Virus record (IMG/VR): IMGVR_UViG_3300027689_000306 | Direction: 5' to 3' (one strand) | DNA length: 64,000 bases | Source of the DNA: an uncultured virus (IMG/VR IMGVR_UViG_3300027689_000306) | Lineage: Duplodnaviria; Heunggongvirae; Uroviricota; Caudoviricetes; Crassvirales | Shown here: piece by piece, positions 55,390-64,000 of the stretch | Numbering within the stretch: the stretch's first letter is position 1 | Layout of the letters: each line of letters starts with the position of its first letter | Program-made: the position numbers and the translations under genes | Notes under the pieces: model-generated | Seen by the model: the letters and a program-made list of their open reading frames with translations, nothing else | Told to the model about the DNA's origin: nothing | The model's database searches: none

Positions 55390-57416
55390 TGTTAGATGGC
55401 TTACAAAGTATTGATTACAAGGATTGGTTCATCAATCAGAAGAGAGTTCCACAGAAAGATTCAGAGGAGTATAGGGAATTCTATGCCTATCATAAACAAC
55501 TATGTATTGATGGCTGTACAATGGGAGGAGTATATATTAACCCTTTTCTATATTGGCATTTAAACTTCTGGAATACAGAGGTGGATATTATAGATGATAG
55601 AGGACGTATATCACAGAAATATGCTAACCCATATCTACGTGATAACGAGTGGATTATTACAAACGAAATAGATAGAGCACATACAGAAAAGAAAGGCCTA
55701 GTCATACTGGGCATTCGTCGTTTAGCTAAGTCAGTAATTGAGAGCTCCTACATAGGTCATGGTGCAACGTTCGATGAGAACTCCCAGAACATTATAGCAG
55801 GACTAAATGCTCCCGATATAAAGCTTATTACAGATAAGATTGACAAAGGATTAAACTTCTTACCAGAAGCCTGGAGATGGCAGAGGGTAGAAGACAACTG
55901 GAAAAACCAAGTTACATTAGGGATCAAGACAAAAGCAGGAGAGAGAATCCCCTTTTCTCAGATCCTTATTCGTAACTTAGATGGTGGTAACAATGAAGAG
56001 GCTATTGCAGGTACAAAACCTAGAAGGCTTATTATTGATGAGATAGGTAAGGGTAATTTCCTAAGAGGATTACAAGCTGCAACACCAGGTTTTACTACAC
56101 CATTTGGTTGGGGATGTTCTCCAATTCTAACTGGTACAGGTGGAGATATGCAAAACTTCATGGATGCAAAGAGCTTAATGTTCGATGTAGAGAATTTCAA
56201 CTTCTTAGAATATAAGAGTGCTAAAGATGATCAAAGAATTCATGGCTTATTCATCTCCCATAAATATAGAATGGAAGCTAAGGAAGATTCTTCTTTAGGA
56301 GCTTATCTAGAACAACCAGCAGATTCTGAGTTACATAATGTAAAGATGCTAGTCTCTAATGAAGAGAAAGCAGATGAGATTACAAATACTAATCTTGAAA
56401 GATTAAAGAAAGCTGGTGATAGACTAGCTTATTTAAAAGAGAAGATGTACTATCCACAAGAGGTGGATGATATATTCTTGAATGAGGATACAAACATCTT
56501 TGATATAGAAGCAGCTAAACGTCAGAAGACCAGACTATTAGCACAAGAAAGAACAGGAACACCTGTTGTTTTATATGATGATGGTGATGGTGTGAAACAT
56601 GAGTTTACAGATAAGCGTCCTATATCAAACTTCCCTCTCAAGAATAGTGATCAGAAAGATGCTCCTGTAGTGATATATGAGTTTCCAATTGATAGTCCTC
56701 CATATGGATTATATGTTGCAGGGATTGACCCTTATAGACAAGGAAAGTCTGCATATTCTAGTTCATTAGGATCTGTCTATATATACAAACGTATGCATGC
56801 TATTTCTGGAGAGAAGTATCAAGATATGTTTGTAGCTAGCTATTGTGCTAGGCCAGAGAAGAAAGAAACATGGGAAGAGCAAGCTAGATATTTAATCAAG
56901 TATTACAATGCTAGAGCTCTATGTGAGAACGACGAGATATCTTTTATAGACTACATGATAGCCAAAGGAGATGCTCATTATCTAGAGAAACAACCAGATT
57001 GGTTAAAAGAAATAGTTCCAAACACCACTGTTAGAAGGGATTACGGAATACATAGATCTTCTGAGAAAATACGAGACTTCTTACATGGAGCTCTTAAGAA
57101 ATATACAGAAGAAGTGATACATACAGAGAAGGATGAAGATGGAAACATTAAGTCTGAGATAAAGGGTATGGCCAAGATATTTGATCCTGTACTATTAGAA
57201 GAGATGATTCAGTATAATGAATCAGGTAACTTTGATAGAATCATTGCTGCAGAGCTTGCAATAGCTCTTGCTATGAAACTAGATCCCATTATGGGAAAAA
57301 TAGGAGGAGAGCAAGATGTAAGAATACAATCAATGTTCAAGAAGAACAAAAAGAATAGGCTGTTTACAGAAAGCAGACCAATGTTTAACACACCAAAAAA
57401 TAAATTGTTTACATAA
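55389..57416 (+). CDS. terL: Terminase large subunit
   Basis: YWHLNF, RRLAKS (crAss-type Walker A), IIDEIG, GTGG, GIDPY, GNFDR. Confidence 0.92.
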   Translation: MLDGLQSIDYKDWFINQKRVPQKDSEEYREFYAYHKQLCIDGCTMGGVYINPFLYWHLNFWNTEVDIIDDRGRISQKYANPYLRDNEWIITNEIDRAHTEKKGLVILGIRRLAKSVIESSYIGHGATFDENSQNIIAGLNAPDIKLITDKIDKGLNFLPEAWRWQRVEDNWKNQVTLGIKTKAGERIPFSQILIRNLDGGNNEEAIAGTKPRRLIIDEIGKGNFLRGLQAATPGFTTPFGWGCSPILTGTGGDMQNFMDAKSLMFDVENFNFLEYKSAKDDQRIHGLFISHKYRMEAKEDSSLGAYLEQPADSELHNVKMLVSNEEKADEITNTNLERLKKAGDRLAYLKEKMYYPQEVDDIFLNEDTNIFDIEAAKRQKTRLLAQERTGTPVVLYDDGDGVKHEFTDKRPISNFPLKNSDQKDAPVVIYEFPIDSPPYGLYVAGIDPYRQGKSAYSSSLGSVYIYKRMHAISGEKYQDMFVASYCARPEKKETWEEQARYLIKYYNARALCENDEISFIDYMIAKGDAHYLEKQPDWLKEIVPNTTVRRDYGIHRSSEKIRDFLHGALKKYTEEVIHTEKDEDGNIKSEIKGMAKIFDPVLLEEMIQYNESGNFDRIIAAELAIALAMKLDPIMGKIGGEQDVRIQSMFKKNKKNRLFTESRPMFNTPKNKLFT

Positions 57417-60001
57417 TGGCAATAATTAGATATACAAAAGACGCAACCATTAGATATGCTTATCTAAACATCTTCCCAGATCAGTTCAAAACAGAGAAGG
57501 AAAAGATGGATGAGAGTTGGATAAAGAATACAATGGATTATTTTTCTAACAAAGCATATGCTGAGTATGTAAAGAACAGAGATACATTCGTTAAGAATTA
57601 TGATCTTATGAAAGGAATCTTACGTATGGAAGATTTCTATCAAGAACCAGAGGTGAGAAGCTTCACAGACGTACTAACATCTGATTTAGAACTTCCTGCA
57701 TACGTGAAGATGTATTCTATTGTTACCACTCCTGTAAATGAGTTAGTAGGAGAAATCTCTAAAAGACCAGATACATTTAGGGTGAAAGCTTTTGATGATG
57801 ATAGTCAAGCAGAAGAACTACAATTCAAAACAGATACATTACAACAATATGTTATTGGTCAAGTTCAACAACAACTTGCTCAGAAAGCAGCTTTACAAGG
57901 ACAAGAGATTGATCCTGAACAATTGCAACAAATGACAATGGAACAGGTTAAGGATGAGCTAGATAGCTATACATCTATTGCTGAGAAATGGGCCAACCAC
58001 ATTCTTACATGTCAGAAAGCTGAATTCAATATTAAAGAAAAATCTGAAGATGCGTTTAGAGACTTACTGATATCTGCTAGAGAATTTTATCACATATATG
58101 AAGACAATTCAAAACTTGGTTTTAATGTTGAAGTGGCTAACCCAAAGAACACTTGGTTTCTTACTACTCCTGATAGAAAGTTTATATCTGATCCCACAGG
58201 GAGAGCTCAAGGAGCTTATGCTGCTGGTACAGTACAAGTTATGGAACTTTCAGAGATTATTGAAAGCATACCAGATCTTACTAAAGAAGAGATAGATCAC
58301 TTACGTTCCTCTCTTCAGGATTATGGATTGATCAATGTTAGAGAATCTAATCTTGGTAATCCAGATGCTATTCCTGGACAAGACTCTGTAATGTATGATA
58401 CCTTTGACCCTCTTGTGTTACAAACAAGAATGATCATTGAATCAGAGATGAAAGAGAATAATGATGGACTAAAAGACTTCTTAGGTCTTACCAATAATGT
58501 AAGTTCATTCGGATATAAGTATGTAGTGGTTAGAAGCTATTGGATCTCTAAGAGAAAGATAGGTAAGTTAATCTACATAGATGATATGGGTAATGAGCAA
58601 TCATTGATTGTTGATGAATCATACAAATCAGGAACTGTTCCTACACAACAATCATTAGAATGGGGATGGGTAAATGAATGGTATCAAGGAACTAAAATTG
58701 GTCCAGACATTTATCATATCAAACCATTTAAATTATTAAACTATTGTCCTATTATAGGAACAACATATGAGGTGAAGAACACAGAGGCTAAATCTCTTGT
58801 AGATCTTATGAAACCTTTTCAAGTGATTTATAATGTATGTATGAACCAATTGTACAAACTTCTAGAGAAAGAAGTTGGTAAGGTGCAGCTTATGTCATTG
58901 AGACATATTCCTATTCCTAAAGATGGAGATGCACAAGATGCTCTTGACATATGGGAAATGGAAGCACGTAATAGAGGTGTGGTGTTTATTGATGACAGCC
59001 CAGAGAACTTAAAATCTCCTAGTTCATTCAATCAGTTTACAGCTCTTGATCTTACACGTACGCAGGAGATACAATCTAGATATACATTAGCTCAACAAAT
59101 GAAACAAGAGTGTTGGGAACTTGTAGGTATGTCTAGACAACGTATGGGATCTGTAGCTGCATCTGAAAGTGCTACAGGAACAAACACTGCTATGCAACAA
59201 AGTTATTCTCAAACAGAGCCTCTTTTCGTTGCTCACGAGTATGTGCTTGGACAATTCTATCAAGCTATTATAGATGCTGCTCTTTATGTAGAATCATCTA
59301 AACCACAATCTACGCTTTCATACATCACTTCTGAAGGACAATCTGCATTCGTACAAGTGAATGGATCAGATCTTAAATTCAGAGACTTAAAAGTGTTCCT
59401 TACTAATAGACCAGAAGACACTCAAATGTTTAATGAGCTTAGACAACTTTCTCAAGCCATTATTCAAAATGGTGGCACGCTTTATGATGTAGTGGAACTA
59501 TATAGTACTAAGTCTCAAAGAGAACTTAAGAAAACATTTAAAGATCTTAGAGATAGACAGATTGCTCAACAAGAACAAGCTAACAAGTTGCAACAACAAC
59601 AAATGCAACAACAACAAGAACAAGCTCAAGCTACATTACAACAAACTGCCCAACTTGCTCAAGAGAAACAAGCTAATGATGATTATCAAAAACAACTTGA
59701 TAGAATCTCTAAAGAGAAGATTGCTATTATACAAGCTACAGGATTTGGTAATGTAGAATCAGAGGATATTAATGCTAATGCTGTTCCTGATGTATTGGAA
59801 ATCAGTAAGTTAAATGCTGAAGAAAATAAAGCTAACAAAGACTTTGGATTAAAGATGGCTGATATACAAGCTAAGAATAAACAAGCATCTGATAAAATGT
59901 CCATAGAGAAAGACAAATTACAAGTGGCAAGAGAGAATATGGACAATGATCTTGCTGTTGCAAAAGAGAATGCCAAGGGCAGAAATAACAAAAAAGATTA
60001 A
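57416..60001 (+). CDS. Portal protein
   Basis: 861 aa after terL; L.GE..KRP, SLVDLMKPFQ..YN, G.SRQR.G and a Gln-rich coiled C-terminus as in crAss portals. Confidence 0.9.
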   Translation: MAIIRYTKDATIRYAYLNIFPDQFKTEKEKMDESWIKNTMDYFSNKAYAEYVKNRDTFVKNYDLMKGILRMEDFYQEPEVRSFTDVLTSDLELPAYVKMYSIVTTPVNELVGEISKRPDTFRVKAFDDDSQAEELQFKTDTLQQYVIGQVQQQLAQKAALQGQEIDPEQLQQMTMEQVKDELDSYTSIAEKWANHILTCQKAEFNIKEKSEDAFRDLLISAREFYHIYEDNSKLGFNVEVANPKNTWFLTTPDRKFISDPTGRAQGAYAAGTVQVMELSEIIESIPDLTKEEIDHLRSSLQDYGLINVRESNLGNPDAIPGQDSVMYDTFDPLVLQTRMIIESEMKENNDGLKDFLGLTNNVSSFGYKYVVVRSYWISKRKIGKLIYIDDMGNEQSLIVDESYKSGTVPTQQSLEWGWVNEWYQGTKIGPDIYHIKPFKLLNYCPIIGTTYEVKNTEAKSLVDLMKPFQVIYNVCMNQLYKLLEKEVGKVQLMSLRHIPIPKDGDAQDALDIWEMEARNRGVVFIDDSPENLKSPSSFNQFTALDLTRTQEIQSRYTLAQQMKQECWELVGMSRQRMGSVAASESATGTNTAMQQSYSQTEPLFVAHEYVLGQFYQAIIDAALYVESSKPQSTLSYITSEGQSAFVQVNGSDLKFRDLKVFLTNRPEDTQMFNELRQLSQAIIQNGGTLYDVVELYSTKSQRELKKTFKDLRDRQIAQQEQANKLQQQQMQQQQEQAQATLQQTAQLAQEKQANDDYQKQLDRISKEKIAIIQATGFGNVESEDINANAVPDVLEISKLNAEENKANKDFGLKMADIQAKNKQASDKMSIEKDKLQVARENMDNDLAVAKENAKGRNNKKD

Positions 60002-60008
60002 AATAATT

Positions 60009-60024
60009 CCCCTCTTCGGAGGGG
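60009..60024 (+). other. UUCG tetraloop hairpin after the portal gene
   Basis: CCCCTC-TTCG-GAGGGG with no U-tract on the + strand. Confidence 0.6.
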
Positions 60025-60145
60025 CAAAAACACATTAATGCTATATTATCTGGAAAATTGGATCAGATGAACCAATAACACTTTGATATTAAATAGTGTT
60101 GTTATACTTTTACATAAATAAAACCAAACATAAATACAACTACAT

Positions 60146-61411
60146 ATGGCTGATAATTTAGAAACTATGGGTAACTTTAGTATCCAAGATACTATGGAAA
60201 TGGGAATGGGTAACCAAGAACTATTAAATGACTTGTTTTCCCCTGAGACATCTACTTCTAATCCAGAAGATGTTACACCTATTATTAAAGACGTAAATAC
60301 TCCTGATGCTCCTGAAGCTCCAGCAGTGAAAAAAGGTAAGGACATTGTTCCTCCTAAAAGCGTTGATGGTAAAACAGATGAAGAAAAAGGAGAAGGACAA
60401 TCTATGATTGCTGATTTCTTAAGTGATAATGAAGATGATGAAGATGATACACCACCTCCAGCAAAACCTGCAAAAGCTCCAGTAGCTGCTGCTGATGATA
60501 ATGCAGATGATGAGGATGAGCCTTCTGAAGGTACACAATTCACTGCTCTTGCAAATGATCTTTACAAACTAGGTGTATTCACTAATGATGATGATGAAGA
60601 TCCAGAAACAGTAACCACTGCAGAAGAGTTCTTAGAAAGATTTAATAATGAGAAGAAAAAAGGTGCCTCTGAAATGGTACAAAACTTCATAGCACAATTT
60701 GGAGAAGATTACCAAGAAGCGTTTGATGCCATATTTGTAAAGGGAGTTAATCCTAAGGAGTATTTTGGTACATATAATCAGATAGTTAATTTCGCTGAGA
60801 TGGATCTTAGTGATGAAAACAATCAGATGAGAATTATGAAACAAGCTTTAGCTGATCAAGGATTTGATGCTGAAGATGTAGAAACAGAAATCGAAAGACT
60901 TCAAAACTATGGTGATCTTGAAAGCGTAGCTACTAAACACCACAAAGTGTTAGTTAAAAAAGAGGCAGCTAAGTTACAACAACTAGAACAGAAATCTGAA
61001 GCTGAGTTAAGACAAAAAGCTCAAATCAGAAATCAATATATAGACAATGTACAAACCATCTTGCAAGAGAAGGTTAAAGCAAAAGAGTTTGATGGAATTC
61101 CTATCAATCCAAAATTAGCAACAGAACTACAAGACTTCTTATTAGTTGACAAGTGGAAAACTCCTACAGGAGAAACACTAACAGACTTTGATCGTGCTAT
61201 CCTGGATATGAAAAGACCAGAGAACCATGCAACAAAAGTTAAATTAGGACTACTTATGAAAATGTTGGAGAAAGATCCTACATTATCAACTATACAAAGA
61301 ACAGGTGTGACTAAACAGTCTAACCAATTGTTCGGAGAAGTTGCAAGACAAGTGACTAAACAAAAGTCAACTACTAGTTCAGGAGCTAAACCTAATTCAT
61401 GGTTCTTATAA
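60146..61411 (+). CDS. Acidic scaffold-like structural protein upstream of MCP
   Basis: D/E/P-rich N-terminus and helical C-terminus; conserved crAss position between portal and MCP. Confidence 0.65.
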   Translation: MADNLETMGNFSIQDTMEMGMGNQELLNDLFSPETSTSNPEDVTPIIKDVNTPDAPEAPAVKKGKDIVPPKSVDGKTDEEKGEGQSMIADFLSDNEDDEDDTPPPAKPAKAPVAAADDNADDEDEPSEGTQFTALANDLYKLGVFTNDDDEDPETVTTAEEFLERFNNEKKKGASEMVQNFIAQFGEDYQEAFDAIFVKGVNPKEYFGTYNQIVNFAEMDLSDENNQMRIMKQALADQGFDAEDVETEIERLQNYGDLESVATKHHKVLVKKEAAKLQQLEQKSEAELRQKAQIRNQYIDNVQTILQEKVKAKEFDGIPINPKLATELQDFLLVDKWKTPTGETLTDFDRAILDMKRPENHATKVKLGLLMKMLEKDPTLSTIQRTGVTKQSNQLFGEVARQVTKQKSTTSSGAKPNSWFL

Positions 61412-61447
61412 CAAAAATAAATAATTAACAACAAAAACGAATAAACA

Positions 61448-63010
61448 ATGGCAATTCAAACAATCCCAGGTTTAACAGGTTTTACTTATGCTCGTGTAGC
61501 GTCTATGGACAAACGTGCGGTAGGAAAACTTACTGACTCAAATCACTTGGAAAGTTTTCACTCTACTGAGCCTGCTGATTATGACAAGAAAATCATTTCT
61601 TTATATACTCAAAGCTCATTGTATAGTAATGACTTCCTTGACATGATCAACAAAAGCACACCTTATTACATTGATAATAATAGTGATGCTTGGAAATGGC
61701 AAATCGCTGTTCCTTACAAATTCCCAAAAATCATTGACATCCCTACTTCTACGCAAGATCTTATCTTAGCTGGAAAAACAGGTATCGATGGTCAAGAGTT
61801 TTCTTTAATTTTAGATACTAATGAGTTTTCTAAAAATGCTATCATTTCTGTAGGTACTCGTCAGTACGGTCCTAGATTCTATGTAATCAAAGATCCTCAG
61901 CCATGGAACATGGGTTACTTGTATTCATTTACATTAGTAAGTGACAATCCACAAGTTGATTTTGTTAATCCTATCTTCTTACAGTATGGTGTTGAACTAG
62001 AATTAGTTGATGCTGCTATTGGTGAATTTGATCAAGACTTATTAGGTCTTCCAAGATTAGGTGAGCAAATCACAATGTTCGAATCTTTAGGTTCTGCATA
62101 TGGATATGAGCACAAAATCACTGAATGGGCTGATGACAAAATGATGAGAGATTCTTCTGGAAAACCTCTTGACATTTTAGTGTATGCTCCACAAAGACGT
62201 AACCAATTACCTTTAACTCGTAATGATGTTAAATGGGAACCGTTCATTGAGTTCTGGATGCGTAAATCTATGTTAGAGTTGAAAGTTAAACGTATGATCT
62301 GGGCTAAACCAGGTACAGTTAAAACTAACGGTTCTAAACAAGAATTGAAAAGAACATCTGCTGGTGTATACCACAGAATGAGAAACAATGGTAACTTAGT
62401 ACAATACAATAGAGGTGAATTCTCTGCTAACTTAATCCGTTCTGTATTTGGAGATTTATTCTACAGAAGAGTGGATGTGAAAGATAGAAGTGTTAAGATG
62501 TATACTAATGAGGCTGGATTCGATGTATTCCAACAAGCTTTAAAAACAGATGCATTAAATTCAGGTCTTACTTTCATGGCTGATTCTGGAAACAGATACA
62601 TGCAAGGAGAAGGACAACACATCACTTACAACTTTGCATTTGATGCAATGGTAACTCGTGAGACTGGACGTGTTGAATTGATTCACTTAAAAGAATTAGA
62701 TTTACCACAATCTAACTTAGAATTTGGACAAAACAAAAAGAGCACTCCAGTATTTATGGTGTTTGATGTTTCTCCAATGTCTGATGGATCAATGGTAAAC
62801 AACATTAGAGAAGTGAGAATGAAAGGTGCTCCTTCTATGACATGGGGTTATATTGATGGTACTCGTCACCACTTAGGTTTTGCTAAGTCTCAAGGTATGA
62901 GTTCTGCTAATAAATTCCCAGGATACGAAATCTGGATGAAAGACAGATGTGATGTATTTATTGAAGATCTATCTAGAACTGTGTTGATCGAGGAAATCCC
63001 ACAATTCTAA
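61448..63010 (+). CDS. Major capsid protein
   Basis: 520 aa, LTDSNHL N-terminal motif, YTNEAG; crAss terL-portal-X-MCP gene order. Confidence 0.88.
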   Translation: MAIQTIPGLTGFTYARVASMDKRAVGKLTDSNHLESFHSTEPADYDKKIISLYTQSSLYSNDFLDMINKSTPYYIDNNSDAWKWQIAVPYKFPKIIDIPTSTQDLILAGKTGIDGQEFSLILDTNEFSKNAIISVGTRQYGPRFYVIKDPQPWNMGYLYSFTLVSDNPQVDFVNPIFLQYGVELELVDAAIGEFDQDLLGLPRLGEQITMFESLGSAYGYEHKITEWADDKMMRDSSGKPLDILVYAPQRRNQLPLTRNDVKWEPFIEFWMRKSMLELKVKRMIWAKPGTVKTNGSKQELKRTSAGVYHRMRNNGNLVQYNRGEFSANLIRSVFGDLFYRRVDVKDRSVKMYTNEAGFDVFQQALKTDALNSGLTFMADSGNRYMQGEGQHITYNFAFDAMVTRETGRVELIHLKELDLPQSNLEFGQNKKSTPVFMVFDVSPMSDGSMVNNIREVRMKGAPSMTWGYIDGTRHHLGFAKSQGMSSANKFPGYEIWMKDRCDVFIEDLSRTVLIEEIPQF

Positions 63011-63022
63011 TAAAGAAAACGT

Positions 63023-63066
63023 AGATGTGTTGCTTCCCATTATAGAACAGCACACATCTCTTTTTT
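63023..63066 (+). terminator. Terminator after MCP
   Basis: AGATGTG...CACATCT stem followed by CTTTTTT. Confidence 0.65.
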
Positions 63067-63208
63067 CCGAGATGAGTCCCCTCACCTCCTCTCCCTCCCA
63101 GAGGGGATGATTCTCAAACCTAGAGTGATGGATTGTGGTTTCACAGTCGCATTCCCTTCAATGGGAACACTCTTCTAAAATAAACCAAATATTTAATTAA
63201 ACTACATT

Positions 63209-64000
63209 ATGGGTAAAACAGGCAAAATCTCTACGATAAAACGTGAGTATAACAGTTCTCAACTGCAAACAATGGACAGTGGACTATCGCAAAAAGGATT
63301 TACAAGAATTCCTGGAACAGGAGTATTCAAGTATCCTTATAAAGAATTAGATGGAAAGTATAGAACAGGATTAGATCCAGATTCTACTTATATCAAAAGA
63401 ATTGCAGATCCAACTGAAAGAGAGTTAGAAATAGAAAGAGTAACTAAACTTAAAGCAAGACTTGAGAATGAGTTAGGTGATATTGATTTAGGACCTCGTT
63501 CAAAATTCTGGAATTATGGGTTATCAACTTCTACAGATGATCAAACACATGTACAACCAGTTAAATTGTTAGATGGTGATAATTACTTTGACCTAGCAGT
63601 TCCTTTTCAAGAGATAGCTTTTTCATGGTTAAGAGTACATCCAACTATTGCATCTTCTCACCAAGCATGGGAAAGAGGAGAATATCCAGCAGATACACAA
63701 TTTTATGTTGTTGATGATGAGATAGAAAATGCAGTGATCTACAAGAAAAAACAATTGATTAACAAAGCTATTGTTAAGTTTGATTCTATGACTCAAGAGA
63801 AGAAACGTAAAGTTGCAAGACTTTTAGGTCTTCCAGTATCAGAAGATACAATGGAAGAAGTTGTTTATAATCAAGTAGATAACGTATTGAAACAAACAGA
63901 ATTCAAGAATGGTAAATATTCAGGATTGAATCCAGTTGAAGTGTTCAATAGATTTGCTGACATGAAAGAAGATTTACTCCATATACAAGATTTAATTAAA
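63209..64000 (+). CDS. Conserved crAss-like protein downstream of MCP (partial, runs off window)
   Basis: Open frame MGKTGKISTIKREY...GKYRTGLD...FW...HP.IA; not in the ORF track because it has no stop. Confidence 0.8.
   Translation, partial: MGKTGKISTIKREYNSSQLQTMDSGLSQKGFTRIPGTGVFKYPYKELDGKYRTGLDPDSTYIKRIADPTERELEIERVTKLKARLENELGDIDLGPRSKFWNYGLSTSTDDQTHVQPVKLLDGDNYFDLAVPFQEIAFSWLRVHPTIASSHQAWERGEYPADTQFYVVDDEIENAVIYKKKQLINKAIVKFDSMTQEKKRKVARLLGLPVSEDTMEEVVYNQVDNVLKQTEFKNGKYSGLNPVEVFNRFADMKEDLLHIQDLIK

Noticed and set aside
41801..57416. Introns or inteins in PolB or terL
   Set aside because: Both ORFs are continuous, of ordinary length, and lack splicing motifs.
60046..61434. Minus-strand ORFs opposite the scaffold-like gene
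   Set aside because: Antisense shadows of an acidic low-complexity gene.
1..64000. Stop-codon reassignment (TAG or TGA), known in some crAss-like phages
   Set aside because: Long genes (terL, portal, MCP, PolB) are intact in the standard code, TAG and TGA end several tightly packed genes, and no suppressor tRNA was seen.

Overview
A 64-kb segment of an AT-rich lytic dsDNA phage genome of the crAss-like (Crassvirales) type. The host is very probably a Bacteroidota/Flavobacterium-like bacterium, because TAnnTTTG/TTTG promoters occur throughout and genes have A-rich leaders without Shine-Dalgarno sites. Layout: (1) 1-21.7 kb, mostly + strand: GTS-repeat and beta-helix fibre/adhesin proteins, a lysis cassette, a family of Thr/Ser-rich mucin-like modular proteins, a serine protease, a ferritin-like protein and a run of Lys-rich proteins with KxGG repeats. 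(2) 21.7-53.3 kb, - strand: glycosyl/methyltransferases, GroES, PhoH, RecA, nucleases, RIIA/RIIB, UDG, primase, SSB, helicases, PolB, a tmRNA, a MoxR-vWA pair and many small early genes. (3) 53.6-64 kb, + strand: HU/IHF-like protein, terminase, portal, scaffold-like protein, major capsid protein and the next structural gene. The top candidate new system is a phage-encoded protein O-glycosylation apparatus. A SERGT1/HPAT (GT96/GT95)-like enzyme sits among mucin-like Thr-tract proteins, and a tri-domain GT ending in an AAH/TibC-type heptosyltransferase domain faces an AIDA-like beta-helix protein. GT2, DUF616 and FkbM genes complete the set. Other notable items are a tmRNA with an apparent 35-residue tag, two unannotated structured RNAs, three recurring cis motifs and a UDG lacking the catalytic Asp. 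All family assignments come from motif recognition by eye; no database searches were run.
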